Origin: Eledone cirrhosa
Lineage: Eukaryota
Length of the DNA: 64,000 bases
Reading direction: 5' to 3'
NCBI GenBank assembly: GCA_964016885.1
Contig: OZ024765.1
Location: 22,320,001 to 22,384,000, forward strand
The first letter of the stretch is position 1. Every line of letters begins with the position of its first letter. Under the pieces are notes generated by a model that worked only from the letters and a program-made list of their open reading frames with translations, was not told the DNA's origin and did not search any database. Shown here piece after piece: positions 29,180-41,026 of this stretch. The translations under genes and the position numbers were made by a program.

Positions 29180-29299
29180 CTAACACAGCCTGCTGTTCGT
29201 TTCCGTGCCGGAACGGAGGGGTATGTTCAGTGGCAGCTAAAGACTCTTACCTGTGTAACTGTCAGAACACTGGATACTTCGGCCCCAACTGTGTATTCC
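29180..29299 (+). CDS. PTGS-like: COX-like exon 2, EGF-like domain (ANTACCSFPCRNGGVCSVAAKDSYLCNCQNTGYFGPNCVF)
   Basis: tttctag| acceptor and |gtaagt donor. Matches the PTGS pattern ANPCCSxPCQNRGVC...C.C..TGFYGENC. Phase 1-1. Confidence 0.93.
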
Positions 29300-29683
29300 G
29301 TAAGTACATTATTATTGGCAGAGGGCAGTGGATTGGCAGTATCGGTAGAGGGTCGGACGCCATGCTTTGTAGCATAGTTACTTCCCTTTACGATCTGAGT
29401 TCAAATCCCGCCGAGGTTGAGTTTGCCTTTCATCCTTACGGGGTCGATAAAATAAAGTACCAGTAATGCACTGGGTAATTGCTGGCCTTGTGCCTAAAGT
29501 AGAAACAATTATTATTGGCAGAATCGGTAGAGCGTCTGACACCATGTTTTGCAGCATAGAGTTATGAACCTTTACGTTTTGAGTGAGTTCAAATCCCGCC
29601 GAGCTTGACTTTGCCTTTCATCCTTGCGGGGTCGATAAAATAAAGTACCAGTAATGTACTGGGATAATTGCTGGCCTTGTGCC

Positions 29684-30630
29684 ACTCCCTCCCTTCCTTT
29701 CTCTCTCTCTATCTCCCTCTCATACCCTCAATCTCTCACCCTCGCTCTCCCGGTCACTCCCTCTCTCACTTTCACTCTATTTCCCTCTCTCCTTCTCTCA
29801 CTCTCCCACTCTCTCACCCCCTCTCTCTCTTACCCTCTCTCTCTCTCACTCCCCCTCTCACTCCCACCCTCTCTCACTCCCTCTCTCCCACTCTCTCTCA
29901 CTCCCTCTCTCCCTCACTCCCTCTCTCTCTAACCCTCTCACTCCCACCCTCTCTCACTCCCTCTCTCCCACTCTCTCTAACCCTCTTTCTCTCTCACTCC
30001 CTCTCTCCCTCACTCTCTCTCTCTCTAACCCTCTCTCTCTCACTCCCTCTCTCCCTCTCTCCCACTCTCTCTAACCCTCTCTCTCAGATCCCCTCTCACT
30101 CCCACCCTCTCTCACTCACTCCCTCTCTCCCACTCTCTCTAACCCTCTCTCTCTCACTCCTTCTCTCACACCCCCTCTCTCCCACTCCCTCTCACTTACT
30201 CCCTCTAACCCTCTCACACTCTCTAACCCTCTCTCGCTCACCCCCTCTCTCCCACTCCCTCACACTCCCTCCCACTCTAACCCTCTCTCTCTCACTCCTT
30301 CTCTCCCACACCCTCTCCTTCACTCCCTTTAACCCTCTCTCACTCACTCCCTCACTCACTCTCTCCCACTCTCTCTAACCCTCTCTCTCTCACTCCTTCT
30401 CTCCCACTCCCTCTCCTTCACTCCCTTTAACCCTCTCTCACTCACTCCCTCACTCACTCTCTCCCACTCTCTCTAACCCTCTCTCTCTCACTCCTTCTCT
30501 CCCACTCCCTCTCCTTCACTCCCTTTAACCCTCTCTCACTCACTCCCTCACTCACTCTCTCCCACTCTCTCTAACCCTCTCTCTCTCACTCCCTCTCTCT
30601 CACTCTCTCTAACTCTCTCTCTCTCTCTCT
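29684..30630. repeat. CT-rich low-complexity/minisatellite tract (another at 30800-31160)
   Basis: Polypyrimidine composition with repeated ctctctcactcc modules. Confidence 0.9.
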
Positions 30631-30637
30631 ATTCCAG

Positions 30638-30778
30638 CCACCTGGAGACAATGGTTTACTGGTTTCTTCAACATGTTACCGGAAGATGTCCACATCGTCC
30701 TCGTAAAGTACCCCACCTTTTGGTTTATCCTCAACTTCCTCCCCTTTCGCAGTCACATCTCCAGATATCTCATGCAAC
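30638..30778 (+). CDS. PTGS-like: COX-like exon 3, membrane-binding domain (PTWRQWFTGFFNMLPEDVHIVLVKYPTFWFILNFLPFRSHISRYLMQ)
   Basis: attccag| acceptor after a CT tract and |gtaaga donor. Amphipathic helices align to PTGS '[23 protein letters not shown]'. Phase 1-1. Confidence 0.9.
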
Positions 30779-30994
30779 GTAAGAAAAAACATCTACATCT
30801 CCCCCCCCTCTCTCTCTCTGTCTGTCTCTCTCTCTATCTCTATATCTCTGTCTCTCTCCTCACTCTATATATCTCACTCTCTCTCCTCACTCTATCTCTC
30901 TCTCTCTCCTCACTCTATCTCTCTTATCTCTCTCTCCTCTCTCTATCTCTCTTATCTCTCTCTCCCTTTCTGTATCTCTCCCTCCCCCTCTCTG

Positions 30995-31031
<37 letters not shown>

Positions 31032-31158
31032 CTCTCCTCACTCTATCTCTCTTATCTCTCTCTCTCTCTCTCTTTCCTCACTCTCTCTTATCTCTCTCTC
31101 TCCTCTTTCTATCTCTCTTATCTCTCTCTCCCTTTCTGTATCTCTCCCTCTCTCTCTC

Positions 31159-31191
<33 letters not shown>

Positions 31192-31760
31192 ATAGTTATA
31201 TATACACTATATACAACTATAAACAGGAAAGATCAGTAATTTATTACTACCGTATTATCAGTAAGAGAAATAGCTCAATGTAAATACTAGAAATCTCTGG
31301 AACATTACAGAAACAACCGTCACACTACATCCACCATAAACTAATAATTTTAATACAAAAACAGCTTTGCCTGCTTGTAAACATATGTTGTTTTATGTGA
31401 TACCTTTGCCTTGCAGAAATTATATATGCCTAGTACCATTGCTTGTTTCCTTCCTGTATATGACTATTGCATTTGCACTCTCTATACGCTTGCATATGTA
31501 CTGCCAGTGTCCTCGTTTTACGAGTAACTTTCTACCTTAATGTCTCTAATTGTTATACTAATATCTGTCGCATGCATTCCACTCTGTGCTTTTTAACTTT
31601 TAATTAATTTGTAATTTTAATTATTGTACAATTCTCTTGTAATCTATGTCGCATCCATTCCACTCTGTAAATACGTAACTGTTGACAACATTAATATCCA
31701 TGTATCTATATAACTGTTCAGTTAAATAGGAGGTTAACTATATCTACAAACATTGTTAGT

Positions 31761-31805
31761 GCTCAGATGATTCCAAACGATAGTTTGGAAGAAACGATTG
31801 TCAGC
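31761..31805 (+). ncRNA. Minimal hammerhead ribozyme motif with one core substitution (CAGATGA)
   Basis: gct-CAGATGA-ttccaaac-gata-gtttggaa-GAAA-C-gatt-G-TC-agc, immediately followed by AATAAA. Perfect 8-bp stem II and GUC triplet. Confidence 0.6.
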
Positions 31806-31842
31806 AATAAAATGATTTGAACATAGCTTTGATTATTGTGTA

Positions 31843-31903
<61 letters not shown>

Positions 31904-32018
31904 TGTCTATGTATGTATATATATAAATATATATACACTATATATAAATATATAAATATGTGAATATAGTATATATATATATATAGAGTGTATATTGCTA
32001 TATTTCTTCTGTTTCCAG

Positions 32019-32147
32019 TGCGTATAACCGGGTATATCCACACCCTCAGCTACTCCGTGACTGTCCCCAACGTCAATGATGAAACAATGAGTCTCCAGAT
32101 CCTTCCATCTGTCCCCTTACACTGCACCACACCCTTGGGTGTTGAAG
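32019..32147 (+). CDS. PTGS-like: COX-like exon 4 (LRITGYIHTLSYSVTVPNVNDETMSLQILPSVPLHCTTPLGVE), containing the Arg120 equivalent
   Basis: tttccag| acceptor and |gtatag donor. LPSVPLHCTTPLGVEG matches PTGS LPPVPDDCPTPLGVKG. Phase 1-1. Confidence 0.9.
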
Positions 32148-32367
32148 GTATAGTTCACTCTCTCCTATTACCACCCTAGGGTCACTCAGAGCAGGGCAGG
32201 GTAGGGTCGAGGTGGGATTCGGACAAGGAAGTATCATTAATTCTAGCCCTTCTTTTGCCGAATTGTGACGAGGACATCATCTTCAATTAATGCATACAAG
32301 ATTTCAGAGCTCTAGCATCACTCCTTCATAGCCATCCTCTGAACTTTTCAGCTGAACCTCGTGTATG

Positions 32368-32446
<79 letters not shown>

Positions 32447-32489
32447 TTAAACTCTTAACCTCTGCTCCATCCCATCTTCTACCCCCTAC

Positions 32490-35400
32490 CCATACATCAT
32501 GCTGGTTCCTGCCCCCCCCCCCCCCATCCCTCTCTATACATATAAGATAAATCCCTACCAAAATTAATCACAATCGCCAACTCGCTATTTCTGGGATGGC
32601 TGTTCTTGCGGTATAAAGTAACGTTCAAATATTTTTCTCGATTCTTCTCTCCATTCGAATCCATTCATTCAATCACTATTCTATGTCCTAATTTCACACT
32701 ATATCGTATTTTCACCATTCTATATCATATTTTTTCTCGATTCTTCTCTCCATTCGAATCCATTCATTCAATCACTATTCTATGTCCTAATTTCACACTA
32801 TATCATATTTTCACCATTCTATATCATATTTTTTCTCTAAAAATCATATTTTCCCTATCACCGCATTTTCTCTATCGTATTTTCTTAAACAAAACAAATC
32901 TTGTATTTTCGTTTATTGTTAAATTATGCCCAAAATACGGCGATCTTATCTTAAACCTTACATTCTCGCTAACAACACATCATCCCTCCCACCCGCCCCC
33001 ACGCACCACCATTATTACGTGGACCAATCATAAGTCAGAGGCCCATACTATCGCCCAACTGGTTGCTTTTCGATATGATGGATGGACTACGGAATTCTGG
33101 AGAGTTGAAGAGAGAAAAATGTGGACGCTCAGCGACAATGCCAAAGATAAAGACAAATTCACCTCGTGGACGAGAATGCAAGCACTCCGCCTTGTTTCGG
33201 CCCAGGGTGGCTAACATAACCCCCCCCCCCGCGCCCCACCGCTCCCACCCTCCAAACGCAATCCAAAACTTCAGAGTTGGTACCATGAATGTAGGCACCT
33301 TAAAGGGTCGCTCTAACGAGGTTGTAGAAATGCTTGAACGTAAGGAGGTCGATGTTTGTTGTATTCAAGAGACCAGGTGGAGGGGAGGGTCGGCTAGATT
33401 CATCGTGGGTAAAGAACGATGCTATAAGCTTTTCTGGGTGGGAAATGACAATGGGTTGGGTGGGGTAGGAATCATGGTAGCAGAAAAGTGGGCAGATAAG
33501 ATAATAGACGTAAATAGAGTGAACGACAGAATAATTAAAATAAGACTTGTCCTCAATAAAACTACGGTGACAGTAATATCTGCGTACGCACCACAATCCG
33601 GACTGCCCGGTGCTATAAAAGACAGATTCTACGAGACACTGATGCTCGCTACCTCCCAAATAACCGACAGTGACTATATAGTTATTGCAGGCGACCTAAA
33701 TGGTCACGTTGGACAGCATTGTGACGGCTATGACGGAATCCATGGAGGCTATGGGTTCGGTACTAGAAATGAGGAAGGCTCCAGAATCCTGGAATTCTGC
33801 GACGCAAATAACTTAACTATCTGTAACACTAACTTCAAAAAACGAGACAATCACTTGATCACCTATAGATCGGGGGAACACACAAGCCAGGTAGATTATA
33901 TCCTTACCAGAAGACGTGACAGAGTGTCTGTTGTTAACACTAAATCCCTGCCCCATGAAGAATTCACCTCCCAACATAGACTGATAATTAGCGACCTCAT
34001 AGTCAGGACGAGACGTACTAGACAGCGGAAGAGGACTATCCTCAGGAGAAAAATATGGAAGCTAAAGGACCCCATAGCCAGAAATAAATTTCAAAGCATA
34101 TTACTTGACGCTTTCGACAGTAAGGAAGAGCAATTAGAGTCGTATAATATAGAGGAACAGTGGGAATTCCTGAGAGCAAACCTGCTGACGGCGGCAGACG
34201 AAGTCTGTGGCTGGAGCAGGCCTGTAGGTAGGAGGAGAGTAACATGGTGGTGGAACAGTAAGGTGGAGGAGTCAATTAAGGCCAAAAAGCAGGCTTGGAA
34301 AGCATGGCGGGATGGGGGAAGTAGAGAAGACTATCAGGTGGCCAGGAGGGAAGCTAGGAGACAAGTGTACTTCACAAGAAGGGAAGCAGAGGAAAGAAAG
34401 TTCAAGTTCAAGCATGTTCTACAACGTGAGGACCAAAAACGTGAGGTGTTCAGGATTGCCAGGCAATGTGTCAAGGAAAACCGTGATATTGTTGGGGAGA
34501 AGTGTGTGCTTAACGATGATGGCATACTTGCCATCACCGACGCTGATAAGAAGGTAGCTTGGAAGTGTCACTACGAAAGGCTTCTAAATGAGGAGAACAA
34601 ATGGGAGAAAGACAGTCTCCCCCACATCGACCCAATAGAGGGACCAGCAGTGTTAGTCCAGGGTAGTACAATAAGCAAGGAAATCAAAGATATGAAGACG
34701 GGTAAGGCGGCTGGTCCTTCGGAAATAGTTGCTGAGATGCTGAAGGCATCTGGTTCGGTGGGACACACCATGGTCACCCGGATAGTTAACCAAGTTGTAC
34801 AGAATGGGGTTGTTCCGAAGGACTGGCGTAGCAGCATCATCGTTAACTGCTATAAGGGAAAAGGAGATGCCCTAGATAGGAGTAACTATAGAGGCATTAA
34901 ATTAATCGACCAGGTCATGAAGGTCACGGAAAAAGTAATAGCGCAACTAATCAGAGAGAGAATTGATCTAGATGAAATGCAGTTCGGATTTATGTCAGGC
35001 AAAAGTACCACAAACGCTCTTTTCATTGTACGACAACTACAGGAGAAGTACCTAGCTAAAAGTAAACCCCTATACTTAGCTTTCGTCGACTTGGAGAAAG
35101 CCTTCGACAGAGTCCCCCGTTCCATTATCTGGTGGTCTCTTAGAAAACTAGGTGTTGACGAATGGCTTGTGAGAGCTATACAAGCCATGTATAAAGAAAC
35201 AGTCAGTAAGGTTAGAATTAACAACGAATATAGTGAAGAGTTTAGCGTAAAAGTTGGTGTCCATCAGGGCTCTGTTCTTAGCCCCCTACTATTTATTATT
35301 GCCCTTCAGGCTATAACAGAGGAGTTCAAGACCGGCTGCCCATGGGAACTCCTATACGCAGATGATCTAACGCTCATAGCTGAATCAATGACCGAACTAG

Positions 35401-36818
35401 AGAAGAAATTCCAAACATGGAAGCACGGCCTAGAATCAAAAGGCCTTAAAATTAACCTGGCTAAGACTAAAGTTCTAGTTTGTAGGAAAGAAAATAAGGC
35501 GGCAGTCCCATCTGGGAAATGGCCATGCTCAGTGTGTAGGAAAGGCGTAGGTAGAAACTCCATTTTATGTCCCAAATGCAAAGTATGGGTGCATAAAAGA
35601 TGTAGTGGGATCACAGGTAAGCTAACTAAGAACATAGATTTTACATGTGGCCGGTGCTCTGGTGCAATAAGTAGCAGCAAGTGCCCACAAAATACTAGCT
35701 CCTTCAACTGCGCAGAGGGCTCTATAGAAATAGTGGACAGCTTCCGTTACCTGGGTGACAAAATCAGCAGTGGGGGAGGGTGCTCTGAAAGTACAGTAGC
35801 TAGAGTCAGAACTGGATGGAAAAAGTTCTGAGAGCTTATACCACTATTAGCCGCTAGAGGGTTCTCCCTAAAAATGAAAGGCAGGTTGTATGATGCCTGC
35901 ATACGAACAGCAATGCTGCATGGCAGTGAGACCTGGGCATTGTGTGCAGAGGATATACGCAGACTAGAGAGGAACAAAGCTTGCATGCTCCGCTGGATGT
36001 GCAATAGTAATATACGTGAACGGCAAAGCATAAACGAACTAAGGAAAAAATTAGAAATAAGAGGGATCAGATGTTGTTTACTCGAGAGAAGGCTACGTTG
36101 GTACGGTCACGTAATGCGCATGAAAGACGACAGCTGTATAACAAAGTGCAGGGCAATAAAGATAGACGGTAGCCACGGAGTAGGCAGACCCAGAAAAACA
36201 TGGGACGAGCTGATAAATTCCGACCTCACACGCTTACACCTCTCCAAGACAATGTCACTGGACCGAGACCTTTGGCGGTACTCAGTAATAGAGAAGACCC
36301 GCCTTACCTAAATACAAAGTAAAAACCTACTACAGTCAGTAGGCATCTCTATCAAAACACGCCCCCGTCCCACCACCTCCACCCCATCTACACCGCCCCT
36401 TTCAATGTACAGTTATGTTGGTCCCACAACATCCAGGCCGAAACAAATGAGATCGTATAGGTGTCACGACAAAAAACACACAGTCCACGCTGTAAATGTG
36501 GCCGTGTAGGCAACACGGTAAAAACCTCCCAGTCCCACACTGTAAATGTGGTTGGTGTTAGGAAGGGCATCCAGCTGTAGAAAACCCGCCAGACAGTCCA
36601 CGCTGTAATGTGGCCGTGTAGGCAACACGGTAAAAACTTCCCAGCCCCACACTGTAAATGTGGTTGGTGTTAGGAAGGGCATCCAACTGTAGAAAACCCG
36701 CCAGACAGTCCTATGCGAGCAAGACAACCACTCTTGCCTCAAGTGGGAAAACCCCACGTCCAAACCCATGCAAGCGTGGAACACGGACGCTAAACCTGAT
36801 GATGATGATGATGATGAT
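32490..36818 (+). mobile_element. Near full-length RTE-clade LINE (5' UTR, APE endonuclease, RT, PHD-like finger, 3' UTR, (GAT)n tail)
   Basis: Contains GTMNVGTL, CIQETRW, GDLNGHVG, SQVDYIL, FVDLEKAFD, HQGSVLSP and LYADD motifs. The 5' boundary is approximate. Confidence 0.93.
33063..36311 (+). pseudogene. RTE LINE ORF (APE-RT) broken by a single in-frame stop at 35829-35831
   Basis: The 922-aa ORF ends GWKKF*. The same frame continues ELIPLLAARGFSLKMKGRLYDAC... The paralogous copy at about 51490 reads GWKKFRELLPLL. Confidence 0.88.
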
Positions 36819-37062
36819 ATATTATATTTAGAGTATACACTCAAAGAGTCATTTACAATTAATTAGCTCAAAGAAAGAAGCATTTCTGAGCCGTGCAATA
36901 CAAGTTAATATAAATTAATATATGATAAACACCTAAGTGCTTGCATTGTAAAAGACAAAAGTTAGCTAGAATGAAACAAACTAATTCAAATAAATATAGC
37001 CTGCCTGTATCGATTTAAAAAATAATAAATCAATATACACAAACTCATATTGGCAAATAGCC

Positions 37063-37095
<33 letters not shown>

Positions 37096-37098
<3 letters not shown>

Positions 37099-37451
37099 TC
37101 ATCATCATCATCATCAACATCATTTCATTTTACGTCCGCTTTTTCCCTGCTTGCAAGGGTGGGACAGGAACTGGTTCTGGCTTGATTTCTACAGCTGGAT
37201 GCCCTTCCTAACACCAACCTCATTTACAGTGAGTGCTGGGTGCTTTTTTGCCGTGGCACCTCCACGACCACTTTGCAGTGGAATGATAGCGACCCCAGTC
37301 CCTAGCATCTCATTTCTACAGCTGAGTAAACTGGAGCAATGTGAAATAAAGTGTCTTGCTCAAGGAAACAACACATCACCCGGAATGAGAATTGAACTCA
37401 CAACCTTTCGATTGCAAGGCCAATGCTCTAACCACTAAGCCATGTGCCTCC
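37096..37451 (-). mobile_element. tRNA-derived SINE family 1 with RTE-derived tail (also 38345-38689(-), 57331-57630(-) and 61703-62044(+))
   Basis: A box tggcttagtgg, B box gagttcaattc, CORE-like ccttgagcaagacacttta, and a 3' part shared with the RTE 3' UTR and (GAT)n tail. Confidence 0.9.
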
Positions 37452-37561
37452 AGAGTATATATATATACTCTTTTACTCTTTTACCTGTTCCAGCCATCTG
37501 GCTGAGGTCATGCTGGGGTACCGCCCTTGTTGCTACACATTTTATCTCCAGCCTGTATTGG

Positions 37562-37770
37562 TTGGCCACTGGTGCAAGAGGGAGTTCGTTGCTGCTGCCC
37601 TTAGGTTTCCCTCATGCCTTGCTGTGGGCTCATCCGGGATCCTGGATAGCAAGGTGTCGAGATGTTTCTTGAAGACATCCACACCATGCAGATCTCTCAG
37701 ATCCCTCGGCAGCTTGTTGAAGAGTTGAGGGCCCTTGAACCCCAGGCTATTGCAATATCTGCTCCTTATT
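37562..37770 (-). mobile_element. CR1/L2-group LINE 3' fragment
   Basis: The minus strand reads NSLGFKGPQLFNKLPRDLRDL...FKKHLDTLLSRIPDEP...AAATNSLLHQ. Confidence 0.65.
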
Positions 37771-37967
37771 ATAGCTATATATATGTATATATGTATATAT
37801 ATATAAGTTATTCTGGGTTGAATGGGAGGTAACCACAGTAAGTAAGGTACTCAATACATAGCTCTTCTATATATATATAAGCAAAAGGGATATTCAATTT
37901 GTCGCTAATTCAACAAATATAAATGTTTATAACTGATTCAGAGCACTCAACAGATTTTCTGGAGTAT

Positions 37968-38332
37968 AATACACAATGGTATTAAATAAATGGAAACTAT
38001 ATTTATAAAACCATATTTATTCTAATTATATAATTATATATATTTCAAGGGTACCAAAATTTTGGTACGCTATCATCAGATAAAATGCGAAGTGTGTTTT
38101 ATAAATTTCGACATAACCAAGGAGAATATACCTTAACGGTTGAAGTTATCCCTGGATAACTTGAACCATTAAGGTATATTCTCCTTGGTTATGTCGAAAT
38201 TTATAAAACACACTTCGTATTTTATCTGATGATAGCGTACCAAAATTTTGGTACCCTTGAAATATATATAATTATATAATTAGAATAAATATGGTTTTAT
38301 AAATATAGTTTCCATTTATTTAATATCATTGT
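37968..38332. repeat. Near-perfect palindrome of about 365 bp (Penelope-type insert with degenerate hammerhead cores)
   Basis: The arms are reverse complements centred near 38152. Each arm carries CTGATGA...GAAA-T-ATAT-A-TA. Confidence 0.8.
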
Positions 38333-38689
38333 ATATATATATATCATCATCATCATCATCATTTCATTTTACGTCCGCTTTTCCCTGCTTGCAAGGGTGG
38401 GACGGGAACTGATTCTGGCTTGATTTCTACAGCTGGATGCCCTTCCTAACACCAACCTCATTTACAGTGAGTGCTGGGTGCTTTTTTGCCGTGGCACCTC
38501 CACGACCACTTTGCAGTGGAATGATAGGGACCCCAGTCCCTATCATCTCATTTCTACAGCTGAGTAAACTGGAGCAATGTGAAATAAAGTGTCTTGCTCA
38601 AGGAAACAACACATCACCCGGTCTGAGAATTGAACTCACAACCCTTTGATTGCAAGGCCAATGCTCTAACCACTAAGCCATGTGCCTCC

Positions 38690-39163
38690 AGGTGCAGAGC
38701 ACTAGAAGTTGATGGAAACCGCGGAGTGGGGAGACCCAAGATGACTTGGGATGAGGTGATAAAAGCCGACCTTACCCAACTACACCTCTCAAAGTCAATG
38801 ACACACGACCGTGACTTCTGGCGTCACGCAGTAATACAGGGTACCGGACCTCCCATGGGTACATGCTGAAGCATATAAACAATATGCCCCCCCCCCACCG
38901 CAAGGTGGTCGTGGAGGTGCCACGGCAAAAAAGCACCCAGCCCACACTGTAAAGTGGACGTGTAGGCGCCACGAAAAAGCACCCAGCACTCACTGTAAAT
39001 GAGGTTGGTGTTAGGAAGGGCATCCAGCTGTAGAAATCAAGCCAGATCAGTTCCTGTATGAGCAAGGCATGGTCAGCCGACCAGACACTGCCCACAACAG
39101 GACAACCCGTCTAACCCATGCTAGCGTGGAAGAACGGACGTAAAACGGTGATGATGATGATGA

Positions 39164-39167
<4 letters not shown>
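38690..39167 (+). mobile_element. RTE LINE 3' fragment, almost identical to 51813-52302
   Basis: RCRALEVDGNRGVGRPKMTWDEVIKAD... plus 3' UTR and (GAT)n tail. Confidence 0.9.
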
Positions 39168-39234
<67 letters not shown>

Positions 39235-39361
39235 AAATGGTATCAAATATGGTATGTTGTTAGACAAAATAAATTTGTTGATGTATCTATATCTTATTTA
39301 ATTCTGATGAGGTCTATTAGGATGAAACATATGTAAATTAAAATATGATATAATTAACAAT

Positions 39362-40712
39362 GTCTAGGGCAGGTAAAATTCCCGAGATCCATGGACGAGT
39401 TCTCTCCAGCGGTCTCTGTCCCTCATTATCGCTGCCATGTCCTGCATCTCCAACAGACCAGTGTCTGTCCTTAGGGCATCAACATGTTAACCTCGGTTTT
39501 CCTCTTCCAGTGTGTCCATGCAGGGGCTCCCACAGGAGCACTGAGTGCAGTGTCAACTCTGGATGTCGGTGAGCATGTCCAGCTAACCTCAGTCTCCCTC
39601 TTCCAGTGTGTCCATGCAGGGGCTCCCACAGGAGCACTGAGTGGAGTGTCAACTCTGGATGTCGGTGAGCATGTCCAGCTAACCTCAGTCTCCCTCTTCC
39701 AGTGTGTCCATGCAGGGGCTCCCACAGGAGCACTGAGTGGAGTGTCAACTCTGGATGTCGGTGAGCATGTCCAGCTAACCTCAGTCTCCCTCTTCCAGTG
39801 TGTCCATGTAGGGGCTCCCACAGGAGCACTGAGTGCAGTGTCAACTCTGGATGTCGGTGAGCATGTCCAGCTAACCTCAGTCTCCCTCTTCCAGTGTGTC
39901 CATGCAGGGGCTCCCACAGGAGCACTGAGTGGAGTGTCAACTCTGGATGTCGGTGAGCATGTCCAGCTAACCTCAGTCTCCCTCTTCCAGTGTGTCCATG
40001 CAGAGGCTCCCACAGGAGCACTGAGTGGAGTGTCAACTCTGGATGTCGGTGAGCATGTCCAGCTAACCTCAGTCTCCCTCTTCCAGTGTGTCCATGTAGG
40101 GGCTCCCACAGGAGCACTGAGTGCAGTGTCAACTCTGGATGTCGGTGAGCATGTCCAGCTAACCTCAGTCTCCTCTGTGCTACTCTTGAGCTGACTTTTG
40201 GGAGGCTTCCGTACAGCTCTGAGTTCTTCATCCTCAGTGTATACAACCAGAACAGCTTCAAAGAGGAAAGATCAACCACCAGTCACATCCTGATGCTGAG
40301 GAGGATATTAGAGGGAGCTAGAGCAAACTGCCTTCCTGTAGTCATGATTTTCATTGACTTTAGGAAGGCCTTTGATTCTGTGGACCGTCACTGCCTAATG
40401 AAGATCTTACAGGCTTATGGAATCCCCAAGAAGATAGTGGACCTGATATCACTGCTCTACACCAACACCAAAGCCCAAGTCATTACACCTGATGGGGTGA
40501 CAGAGTTCTTTGAGATACTGGCTGGAGTGCTCCAGGGAGACACATTGGCTCCCTACCTTTTTATCATTGTAGTGGACTATTGTACGCACCTTGCACTGGA
40601 GAAACACCAGGACTCTGGCTTTACTGTAACACTGGCTCAGAGCAGGAGAGTTAAGGCGAAAAAGGTATCAGATGCTGAATTTACCAAGGACATAGTTATG
40701 GTGACAAACACA
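39362..40712. mobile_element. RTE-like LINE family B insertion: 3' end on - strand with a 96-bp tandem expansion (about 7 copies), inverted RT piece on + strand
   Basis: The - strand has repeated RLRLAGHAHRHPELTLHSVLLWEPLHGHTGRG. The + strand has FIDFRKAFDSV...GVLQGDTLAPYLF. Flanks attaacaatgt and attaacagtgt resemble a TSD. Confidence 0.85.
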
Positions 40713-40814
40713 TTAACAGTGTTTGGTAATATATCTAATGTTAAATTTGCTCTCCATGTGTAGATAAACTTGCATATTAGGAATTTATACATATTGTATT
40801 GTACTATTGAACAG

Positions 40815-40972
40815 GTGAGGTAGTTCTACCGCCAATCAACGAAGTATTACGGCTGTTCACACGATCAATGTTTAAACCAGATCCAATGGGAAGTAACTTA
40901 CTCTTTGCTACCCAGGCTGACCACCTGAGTCATCTCTTTGTAAAGACTGGTTTCACCAGTCTCTCAGAAAGG
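40815..40972 (+). CDS. PTGS-like: COX-like exon 5 (GEVVLPPINEVLRLFTRSMFKPDPMGSNLLFATQADHLSHLFVKTGFTSLSER), distal His region
   Basis: gaacag| acceptor and |gtaaga donor. FKPDPMGSNLLFA..ADHLSHLFVKT matches PTGS [26 protein letters not shown]. Phase 1-0. Confidence 0.93.
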
Positions 40973-41026
40973 GTAAGACATATATTACCCTTCATTTTTT
41001 TACTTCTAATAATCCAGCAGAAAATT

